From positions 6,977-70,976 of the forward strand of contig JAZDGR010000023.1 in the NCBI GenBank assembly GCA_043806735.1: 64,000 bases of DNA. The letters are read 5' to 3'. Origin of the DNA: a bacterium. Its GTDB lineage: Bacteria > Bacteroidota > Bacteroidia > Bacteroidales > FEN-979. A program made the translations under genes and the position numbers. A model generated the notes under the pieces. It did not search any database. It saw only the letters and a program-made list of their open reading frames with translations, and was not told where the DNA came from. Below, piece after piece: positions 1-7,776 of this stretch (its first letter is position 1; each line of letters begins with the position of its first letter).

Positions 1-2808
1 GCATGCGCACCTTTTTTCCGATGAACTGGTTCATCTCCGTCGCCATGATCTCTCCCCTGAACGAAGTTTCGAGCAGGTCGAACCAGGTATGGGTGACGGG
101 CCAGCCGAGCAGCTCGATTTCGTCGTAAACCTCTTCAAGCTGGGATTGCCAGAGCGCCGGAAGCTCGAAGCGTTTGGTGGGGACAGAATTGACAATTGAC
201 AATTGACAATTGACAATTGGATTTGCGGACCTGTGATCGGTGACTGGTGACTGGTGACTGGCGACTGGTGACTGTGGACTGTGGACTGTGGACTGGCAAC
301 TGCCAACTGCCAACTGACTCTTCCCCAGCAGCATATGCGCCTCCCACAGCAGCGTAGCCTTGGGTTTGCCGGTGAAACGGAAGGCGCCGACGCGGATGAG
401 GATGACGAGCTGTTCGATGGTGATGGGAACACGGGCAACAAAATCCTCTAAATCCTGGAAATCGCCATTCGCAGCTCGCTCCTCGCTAATCGCTTTTCCG
501 AGGTGATACTCCAGGTTCGCGATGTGGATAAAGCCCACATAGATGTCCTTTTCTCCGCGCAGGCAGGTCTTGTAGTCGCCGTTGTTCACACAGGGGAGGT
601 GCATTTGTGCTCCCCAGTTTTTGGCTTCGTTCATGTAGACCCAGGATGGATAAAACCCACCGAAGTTGTTGATCACCCCTACCATAAACTCCAGCGGGAA
701 GTGGGCTTTCAGGTAGAGGCTCTGGTAGCTCTCCACCGCGTATGAGGCCGAGTGGGCTTTGGAGAAGGAGTACCCGGCAAAGGATTCGATCTGCCGCCAT
801 ACCTCTTTGGTGACCTCTTCGGGATAGCCGGATTCTTTACAGTTGCTGAAGAACTTGTCGATAATCCGCTGGAGTTCTTTCTTTGAACGGTATTTGCCGC
901 TCATGGCCCGCCGGATCACATCCGACTCGCTCAGGTCGAGGCCGGCAAAGTGGTGGCAAATCTTCAGCACATCCTCCTGGTAAATCATCACACCATAGGT
1001 CTCTTTCAACTGCGCCTCCATAATGGGATGCAGGTATTTAAACTTCCCGGGGTTATGAAAGCGGTAAATATACTCCTTCATCATACCTGAACGGGCTACT
1101 CCGGGCCTTATGATCGAGCTGGCTGCCACCAGGGTGCGGTAGTCGTCGCACCGGAGCTTTTTCAGCAATCCGCGCATAGCCGGACTCTCCACATAGAAAC
1201 AGCCGATGGTGCAGGCCGACTGGAGCAGCTTCTTCACCTCCGGATCCTGCTTGAACTGCTTCACGTTGTGCACATCCACGCTGATGTTGCGGCTTTTCTT
1301 AACGATCCCGACGGTCTCGAAAATATGTCCGATCCCGCGCTGACTGAGGATATCTAGTTTTTCAAATCCGATATCCTCGGCTACATACATGTCCCATTGA
1401 GTGGTGGGAAATCCTTTCGGAGGCAGGTCGAGTGCTGTGTAGCAGGTGATCGGCTTCTCCGAAATCAGTACCCCGCCGGCATGGATGCTCCGGATGTTAG
1501 GGAAGTCGACCATCATCTCCCCTATTTTACTGATTTTCTCAATGATACTGCTGCGGTTGATGGACTCTTCGGGGTGTTTCAGGAAGGCATCCATCTCTCC
1601 TTTCGGAAGTCCGTGTACTTTCCCGAGTTCCCGGTAAATCGAGTTTCCTCTGAAGGTCGACATGGCGCCGAGCAGGGCGGTATGTTCGTGTCCATACCGT
1701 TTAAATATGTAGTCCAGCACCTCGTCCCGCTCTTTCCACGAATAGTCAATGTCGAAGTCGGGGGGCGAAGTCCGCTTTGGGTTGATGAACCGTTCGAAGT
1801 AGAGGTCGAGTTCGATCGGATCGACGTTGGTGATCTTCAGGCAATAGGCTACGATGCTGTTGGCGCCGCTGCCCCGTCCCACGTGATAAAACCCACGCGC
1901 CATGGAGTACCGGATGATGTCCCAGGCGATAAGGAAATAGGCAGCAAATCCCATTTTGCAGATGATGTCGACCTCATGGCGGATCCGGTTCCGGGCTTCC
2001 ACATGCTCCCTACCGTACCGGTATTCCAGTCCGTCGAGCGCCAGTTTTTCCAGCAGAATCTGGTCGTCGTAGATACTTCCGGTGAAAGTTCGTTTGTTCT
2101 TGCATTCCCGGAAGTCGAAGTCAATGCTGCATGCATCCATCAACTTTTCCGTATTCCGGATGATCTCCGGGTACTCCCGGAAAGGGTCCAACAGTTCATC
2201 CAGTGGTTTCATCACCTCTTCGGAAGAAGCCAGGTGATGCGGTTCAAGTCGCGTGAGCAGTATGTTATGATCAATGGCCCGCAGGTTCCGGTGCAGCTCC
2301 CAGGTAGGTTCATCAGCGAGTGTAACCGGCGCCATGATGACCATACGCGGGATCAGGTGGCGATGGCGGGAGAGGATGATGGGATTCATGTCAGAGGGGC
2401 GGATGCCGACTACCTCACCCCCCAACCCCCTCTCCTTGAGGAGAGGGGGAGAAGGGGGTGAGGTGAATGGACGTACTACCACCACATTCTCAAACTCCGG
2501 CGGGCGGTCCGGCAACGGGATATTGCGCAGCGTATGGTGGCTTAGAAATTCGTTCAGTTCGCGGAAACCTTCGTTGTTTTTTGCCAACCCTACATAGAGT
2601 AGCCGGTCTTTCCGGCGAAATTCGATCCCGGCGATGGGCTTGACCCCCTTCTCCTTACAGGCTGCCACGAAGTCCATGATTCCAGTAGAGTTGTTGATGT
2701 CGGTCAAGGCCATGGCAGAAACACCGTATGTTGCAGCCTGCTCCGCCAACTTTTCAAGGGAGAGGGTGCCGTAGCGGAGGGAGTAATAAGAGTGGCAGTT
2801 GAGGTACA
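1..2808 (-). CDS. dnaE2: DnaE2-type (error-prone) DNA polymerase III alpha subunit, first ~936 codons; 3' end runs off the left window edge
   Basis: Own minus-strand translation; the frame is missing from the ORF track because it has no stop inside the window. TTG start at 2808: LYLNCHSYYSLRYGTLSLEKLAEQAATYGVSAMALTDINN (PHP domain), GRGSGANSIVAYCLKITNVDPIELDLYFERFINPKRTSPPDFDIDY, IGCFYVESPAMRGLL, IIRPGVARSGMM, FAGYSFSKAHSASYA. I checked the frame codon by codon and it is open from 371 down to position 2. Synteny with a Y-family polymerase and a LexA-like gene favours DnaE2 over the replicative DnaE. Confidence 0.85.
183..220. repeat. Heptamer array AATTGAC (about 5 units) inside the dnaE2 reading frame
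   Basis: gacagaa ttgacaa ttgacaa ttgacaa ttgacaa ttgg; gives four CAATTG palindromes at 7-nt spacing (193, 200, 207, 214). Confidence 0.9.
233..316. repeat. Twelve phase-locked heptamers NNNACTG (84 nt) inside the dnaE2 reading frame
   Basis: gtgatcg gtgactg x3 gcgactg gtgactg tggactg x3 gcaactg ccaactg x2. Read on the minus strand it encodes SQLAVGSCQSTVHSPQSPVASHQSPVTDH between conserved DnaE blocks. Confidence 0.95.
2412..2464. repeat. GC-rich nested palindrome (REP/MITE-like) embedded in frame in dnaE2
   Basis: Outer arms ACCTCACCCCC (2412-2422) / GGGGGTGAGGT (2454-2464). Inner arms CCCCCTCTCC (2426-2435) / GGAGAGGGGG (2440-2449), loop TTGA. Encodes TSPPSPPLLKERGLGGEV on the minus strand. 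Confidence 0.8.
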
Positions 2809-2840
2809 AATGACGTATTTTTAATCATTTTTCCGACAGT

Positions 2841-2859
2841 AATATAATCATTATCTTTG
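2841..2859 (+). promoter_or_regulatory. Promoter plus candidate operator, copy 1 of an identical 19-mer AATATAATCATTATCTTTG
   Basis: Exact 19/19 match to 4518-4536. Contains a TATCTTTG -7 box (2852-2859) and the imperfect palindrome AATATAAT-C-ATTATCTT. Lies 32 nt upstream of the ORF at 2891 and 33 nt from the divergent dnaE2 start. Confidence 0.5.
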
Positions 2860-2890
2860 TCTGCTGTTTAAAAGAAAAAAAAAATTAAAA

Positions 2891-3238
2891 TTGCCGGGTT
2901 CATCCGTTGCTGGTGGTTTCTGGTTGCTGACGGCCATTCTTTTCCTGCTTGCTGCAGCGCTTTATCTCCTGAAACCCGGATTCTGGTGGATTCCCGGCGC
3001 CATGGCGGTGATGCTTTCCCAGATCCTGATCATTCTAAGCTGGAAGGATGCCCGGTTTGGAACAATCGCCAATGTGATTATCCTTCTACCGGAATTCCTG
3101 CGATACACTGGTGCCGAAGATTCTTTTACATCCGGGCGGCTCTTTTCGGTCTTCCTTTCGACGGACTGCATGTGTACATATGCCTATGCAAAGTTTAACC
3201 TGCAGGAGATTGAATATAACTGCACAGAGTTAAAGTAA
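2891..3238 (+). CDS. Small predicted membrane protein (2-3 TM), function unknown; TTG start
   Basis: Hydrophobic segments GGFWLLTAILFLLAAALYLL, FWWIPGAMAVMLSQILIILSW and FGTIANVIILLP. Preceded by the duplicated promoter/operator. The C-terminal 45 residues look non-conserved, so the true end is uncertain. Confidence 0.35.
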   Translation: MPGSSVAGGFWLLTAILFLLAAALYLLKPGFWWIPGAMAVMLSQILIILSWKDARFGTIANVIILLPEFLRYTGAEDSFTSGRLFSVFLSTDCMCTYAYAKFNLQEIEYNCTELK

Positions 3239-3279
3239 CTTTTAATTTCCAAAGTTACCCCAGATAGGTATAGATGTCT

Positions 3280-4443
3280 TTACTGATCTCCATTTTTAAT
3301 AGCCACTCCCCTCCTCACAATCTTCTGCCCATACTTCCTGCGAATCCGGTCAAGCGCCTGGTAAAGATTGACCATCTCCACCTTGTCTTCGAATATGTTG
3401 AGCTGCGGACTTCCCGATATAAGCCCGCTGAAGCGCACGCCGATGAGGCGGATCAACATGCGGCGCTGGTAGAGGCGGTCGAAGAGTTCCTTCACCACCG
3501 GGATCAGCACATGGTCGAATGCGGTGTAGGGAATCTGTTTCTGCAACGTATGGGTATCGAAATTCGAGTAACGAATCTTTACGGTCACACAAGAGGTCAG
3601 TTTCTGCTTGTCGCGCAGCTCAAAGGAGATCTTCTCGACCATCTTCACCAGGATCTCTTTCATCCGCACGATGTCGATGCTGTCCTGATCAAAGGTAGTC
3701 TCGGTACTCACCGATTTGGCTTCATGGTAGGGATGGACAGCGGTACGGTCGATGCCGTTGGCTTTCTCCCAGATCACAATCCCGTTCTTTCCCAGTACCC
3801 GCTCCATCATCTCCACCGGCATCCGGCTCAGGGTATCGATGGTGACGATGCCCATCGAGCGCAGCAACCGGTATGTCTTCTCCCCGATCATCGGGATCTT
3901 GCGGATAGACAGGGGCGACAGAAACGGTTTCACCGTATCCTGCGGCACAAATAACTCCCCATTCGGTTTCGCCTCCCCCGTTGCAATCTTTGAAACGGTC
4001 TTATTGACCGACATGCCGAATGAAATAGGCAGTCCCGTGTTCTTCATGATCGCCTGCCTCAACTCCTGCGTCCATTTCAGCAACCCGAAGAAGCGGTCCA
4101 TACCGGTTACATCGAGGTAGTGTTCGTCGATCGACGCTTTTTCATACAGCGGCGCCCGCTCGGCGATGATATCCGTCACCGTGTGAGAATAGTTGGAATA
4201 GAGCTCCATGTCGCCCCGGATAAAAACAGCATCGCGGCACAGCATCCGGGCCATCTTCATCGGCATCCCTGCATGTACGCCAAACTTCCTCGACTCATAA
4301 CTGCAACTCGCCACCACCCCCCGGTCGGAAGTCCCTCCAATGATCACCGGCTTCCCCTCCAGTTCGGTATTCACCAGCCGCTCCACCGACACGAAGAAGG
4401 TGTCGAGATCGAGGTGGACGATATTGCGGTTCAACATCACCAT
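3280..4443 (-). CDS. dinB: Y-family DNA polymerase (DinB / Pol IV type) with intact catalytic motifs
   Basis: NIVHLDLDTFFVSVE (catalytic DxD), SIDEHYLDVTGMD (catalytic DE), GLPISFGMSVNKTVSKIATGEAKPNG, little-finger region; 387 aa. Confidence 0.9.
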   Translation of the reverse strand: MVMLNRNIVHLDLDTFFVSVERLVNTELEGKPVIIGGTSDRGVVASCSYESRKFGVHAGMPMKMARMLCRDAVFIRGDMELYSNYSHTVTDIIAERAPLYEKASIDEHYLDVTGMDRFFGLLKWTQELRQAIMKNTGLPISFGMSVNKTVSKIATGEAKPNGELFVPQDTVKPFLSPLSIRKIPMIGEKTYRLLRSMGIVTIDTLSRMPVEMMERVLGKNGIVIWEKANGIDRTAVHPYHEAKSVSTETTFDQDSIDIVRMKEILVKMVEKISFELRDKQKLTSCVTVKIRYSNFDTHTLQKQIPYTAFDHVLIPVVKELFDRLYQRRMLIRLIGVRFSGLISGSPQLNIFEDKVEMVNLYQALDRIRRKYGQKIVRRGVAIKNGDQ

Positions 4444-4468
4444 TTCACCATATTCACCATATCACCAT
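4437..4468. repeat. Four copies of TCACCAT (ATGGTGA on the minus strand) at 8-9 nt spacing
   Basis: Copies at 4437, 4445, 4454 and 4462. The dinB ATG (4443-4441) is part of the first copy. Confidence 0.85.
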
Positions 4469-4517
4469 TTAATTTTTATTATATCTTTGCCGTGTTTTTA
4501 ATCAAATTGTCGATTAC

Positions 4518-4536
4518 AATATAATCATTATCTTTG
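4518..4536 (+). promoter_or_regulatory. Promoter plus candidate operator, copy 2 of the identical 19-mer AATATAATCATTATCTTTG
   Basis: Exact match to 2841-2859. TATCTTTG -7 box at 4529-4536, 21 nt upstream of the LexA-like ATG (4557). Confidence 0.55.
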
Positions 4537-4556
4537 CAACAACAAAATTTTCAACC

Positions 4557-5360
4557 ATGTTTTTCAATTCAAACATTAAATTTTTACGGAAACGGAGGGG
4601 GTGCACTCAGGATGATGTAGCCCTGGCACTCGAAATAAAGCGTTCCACCCTCAGCGGATACGAAAATAACATCGCGCAACCCGGCATGGAGACCCTGATC
4701 TCCTTCTCCAACTACTATAAGATTGCTATCGACACGCTCATCCGTGTGGACCTTCAGGGTCTTCCCGAAAGCCAGATGCGCCAGATCGAGCGGGGGTATG
4801 ATGTATTCCTGAAAGGGTCAAACCTTCGTATCCTGGCTTCGACCGTTGGAAACGACAACGAAGAGAACATCGAATTGGTCTCAGAAAAGGCCAAAGCAGG
4901 TTATGCCAGCGGGTTTGCCGATCCCGAATACATCCGGATTTTACCTACGTTCCGGCTTCCGTTTCTTTCAAAACAGAAGAAATACCGGACGTTCCAGGTT
5001 AGCGGGGACTCCATGCTGCCCATTCCGCACGGGGCTTATGTGACCGGAGTGTTTGTCCAGGACTGGACCACTATCCGCGATAAGGACGCTTATATACTTC
5101 TTACCAGTGAAGAAGGAATTGTATTTAAGGTGGTGGAAAACCGTATCAAGCATGACGGGAAACTTGTGTTGCATTCCCTGAATCGTCTATACGATCCGTT
5201 TGACCTGGCGGTAGCGGATATCCGCGAAGTATGGCAATTCGTCCATTACATTAGTCAGGAGGTGCCGGCGAATGTGACATCGGAAAATTATCATCTTGCT
5301 GAAACTGTAAAAAAACTCAGGCAGGATGTTCAGGCGATTCAGACAAAGCTAAATCTCTGA
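4557..5360 (+). CDS. LexA-like repressor: XRE-type HTH fused to an S24 self-cleaving peptidase domain
   Basis: N-terminal HTH LRKRRGCTQDDVALALEIKRSTLSGYENNIAQPGMETLISFSNYY. C-terminal S24 with Ser in VSGDSMLP and Lys in IVFKVVENRI. Divergent from dinB. Confidence 0.85.
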   Translation: MFFNSNIKFLRKRRGCTQDDVALALEIKRSTLSGYENNIAQPGMETLISFSNYYKIAIDTLIRVDLQGLPESQMRQIERGYDVFLKGSNLRILASTVGNDNEENIELVSEKAKAGYASGFADPEYIRILPTFRLPFLSKQKKYRTFQVSGDSMLPIPHGAYVTGVFVQDWTTIRDKDAYILLTSEEGIVFKVVENRIKHDGKLVLHSLNRLYDPFDLAVADIREVWQFVHYISQEVPANVTSENYHLAETVKKLRQDVQAIQTKLNL

Positions 5361-5435
5361 ACGGGAAATAAGTAATTGACACATTCCTGCTTATAAATAT
5401 TTAAGGTCCCCGGAGTTTTTTTTACTTCATATTGG

Positions 5436-5443
5436 TATCTTTG
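5436..5443 (+). promoter_or_regulatory. Bacteroidota -7 promoter box TATCTTTG upstream of ugd
   Basis: Matches TAnnTTTG, 46 nt upstream of the ATG at 5489. Confidence 0.45.
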
Positions 5444-5488
5444 CCTGCTTAAACCATAAATTCATTCTAACCGCTAAATAAAACCGCT

Positions 5489-6814
5489 ATGAAAATTGCC
5501 ATTGTCGAATCCGGATATGTAGGATTGGTAACCGGAACTTGCTTTGCCGAAGTTGGGATCGATGTCATCTGCGTAGATATCGACAAGAAAAAAATTGACA
5601 ACCTGAAACAAGGGATTATTCCGATTTATGAACCCGGACTTGAAGAGATGGTGCACCGGAACATGAAGAAGGATAGGCTTAACTTCACTACGAGTATCAA
5701 GGAAGCCCTGGTTGATTGTGAAGTGATCTTCAGTGCAGTGGGCACGCCCCCCGACGAAGATGGAAGCGCAGACCTGCAATATGTCCTGGGGGTTGCCAGT
5801 GATGTAGGCAAACACATGGAGGATTATATTCTGATAGTCACCAAAAGCACGGTTCCCGTGGGTACTGCCGAAAAAGTCAGGAAAGCCATTCAGGATCAGC
5901 TGGATAAAAGAAAGGTAAAACTGGAATTTGACGTTGCATCAAATCCCGAGTTCCTGAAGGAGGGTGCTGCCATCGACGATTTTTTAAAACCTGACCGGAT
6001 TGTGGTCGGATGCGATTCCCCACGCGCCGAAAAACTCATGTCGGCAATTTACAAACCCTTTACCCTGAATGGACATCCGGTTATTTTCATGGATATCGTC
6101 TCTGCTGAAATGACCAAGTATGCAGCGAACTCCATGCTGGCAACCAAGATCAGTTTCATGAATGACATGGCAAACCTTTGTGAAATCGTGGGGGCCAATA
6201 TCAACCTGGTTCGTCAGGGAATCGGGTCTGATTCACGAATCGGACGAAAATTTATCTACCCTGGGGTGGGTTACGGAGGAAGCTGTTTTCCGAAAGATGT
6301 TAAAGCGCTTGTCAAAACCGCAAAAGAGTATGGCTATCCACTCCGTGTCCTGCAAGCTGTTGAAGCCGTCAACGATGACCAGAAATTGGTGATGTTCAAC
6401 AAGATCAAGAAGCATTTCAAAGGAAACCTGAAAGGCAAAACCATCGCACTTTGGGGGTTGTCCTTCAAACCCCAGACCGATGACATGCGGGAAGCTCCTT
6501 CCCTGGTGATGATCAAGCACTTTAAAGAGGCCGGGGCCAAGGTGAAAGCATACGACCCGGTTGCTATGGAGGAGGCGAAACGGATCCTAGGGAATGGCAT
6601 CGAATTCTCTCAGGATCAATACGATGCCCTGATTGATGCCGATTGCCTGCTGATGGTCACCGAATGGCCCGAGTTTAAATTCCCCAACTGGAACGTGGCG
6701 AAAAAACTTCTGAAGAAGCCCGTCGTATTTGACGGACGCAACATCTATGATGCGAACGAGATGAAACAAAAGGGGTTCGCGTACTATTGCATAGGGGTCG
6801 ACACTTTGAAATAA
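5489..6814 (+). CDS. ugd: UDP-glucose 6-dehydrogenase
   Basis: [23 protein letters not shown] Rossmann start, GGSCFPKDV catalytic Cys motif, 441 aa. Confidence 0.93.
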   Translation: MKIAIVESGYVGLVTGTCFAEVGIDVICVDIDKKKIDNLKQGIIPIYEPGLEEMVHRNMKKDRLNFTTSIKEALVDCEVIFSAVGTPPDEDGSADLQYVLGVASDVGKHMEDYILIVTKSTVPVGTAEKVRKAIQDQLDKRKVKLEFDVASNPEFLKEGAAIDDFLKPDRIVVGCDSPRAEKLMSAIYKPFTLNGHPVIFMDIVSAEMTKYAANSMLATKISFMNDMANLCEIVGANINLVRQGIGSDSRIGRKFIYPGVGYGGSCFPKDVKALVKTAKEYGYPLRVLQAVEAVNDDQKLVMFNKIKKHFKGNLKGKTIALWGLSFKPQTDDMREAPSLVMIKHFKEAGAKVKAYDPVAMEEAKRILGNGIEFSQDQYDALIDADCLLMVTEWPEFKFPNWNVAKKLLKKPVVFDGRNIYDANEMKQKGFAYYCIGVDTLK

Positions 6815-6824
6815 TCTTTCTTTT

Positions 6825-7766
6825 ATGATCAAGAAAAAAATCCTGGTCACCGGGGGAGCCGGCTTCCTCGGGTCCCATCTTTGTGAACGGTTGTTGAATG
6901 AAGGGAACGAGGTTGTTTGTCTGGACAACTATTTCACAGGGCAGAAACAAAACGTGGTTCACCTCCTCGACAACCCATTTTTCGAGTTGATACGCCACGA
7001 TGTGACGATGCCATTTTTTATTGAGGTAGACGAGATTTACAACCTGGCCTGTCCGGCCTCTCCTATTCACTACCAGTATAATCCCATCAAAACCGTAAAA
7101 ACATCGGTCATGGGAGCCATCAATATGCTCGGACTGGCCAAACGGATCAAAGCAAAGGTGTTGCAGGCTTCCACCAGCGAAGTCTATGGAGATCCAGAGA
7201 TCCACCCGCAAACCGAAAATTACTGGGGCCATGTCAACCCGATCGGTCCGAGGTCTTGCTATGATGAAGGAAAGCGAGTTGCCGAGACCCTCTTCATCAA
7301 TTACCACCAGCAGAATAAAGTCGGGATCAAAATAATCCGCATATTCAATACCTACGGCCCCAGAATGCATCCGAATGACGGACGCGTGGTTTCCAATTTT
7401 ATCGTTCAGGCGCTCAATGGGGAACCAATCACCATCTATGGCGACGGCTCTCAAACCCGGAGTTTTTGTTACGTGGATGACTTGCTGGATGGGATGATCC
7501 GCCTGATGAACTCCCGGGAAGATTTTATCGGTCCGGTCAACGTTGGGAATCCGGGTGAATTTACCATACTTGAACTGGCGGAACTTGTACTGAAGTTGAC
7601 CGGTTCCCGTTCAAAAGTGATCCATCTTCCATTACCCGCAGATGATCCGACACAACGTCAGCCCAATATTGATCTGGCCAGAAAAGAACTTGGATGGCAA
7701 CCGAGTATTCCTCTCGAAGAGGGATTGAAACGAACAATCGGATATTTCAAATCCATTGTTTCATAA
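6825..7766 (+). CDS. UDP-glucuronate decarboxylase (UDP-xylose synthase), SDR family
   Basis: [47 protein letters not shown] (YxxxK); 313 aa. Confidence 0.9.
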   Translation: MIKKKILVTGGAGFLGSHLCERLLNEGNEVVCLDNYFTGQKQNVVHLLDNPFFELIRHDVTMPFFIEVDEIYNLACPASPIHYQYNPIKTVKTSVMGAINMLGLAKRIKAKVLQASTSEVYGDPEIHPQTENYWGHVNPIGPRSCYDEGKRVAETLFINYHQQNKVGIKIIRIFNTYGPRMHPNDGRVVSNFIVQALNGEPITIYGDGSQTRSFCYVDDLLDGMIRLMNSREDFIGPVNVGNPGEFTILELAELVLKLTGSRSKVIHLPLPADDPTQRQPNIDLARKELGWQPSIPLEEGLKRTIGYFKSIVS

Positions 7767-7776
7767 CCTGATCCCT

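Noticed and set aside
31-441. ORFs 31..441 and 135..347 (minus) and 25475..25735 / 25509..25712 (plus) with low-complexity translations
   Set aside because: These frames stay open only because they run through stop-poor heptamer or octamer arrays. At 31..441 the true frame is the dnaE2 frame, verified codon by codon.
1397-2461. 354-aa plus-strand ORF (and 1446..1637, 2274..2597) overlapping dnaE2
   Set aside because: These are shadow ORFs antisense to a well-supported DnaE2 frame. Their translations have no recognisable motifs and show the V/D/H/R-rich composition typical of reverse-complement frames.
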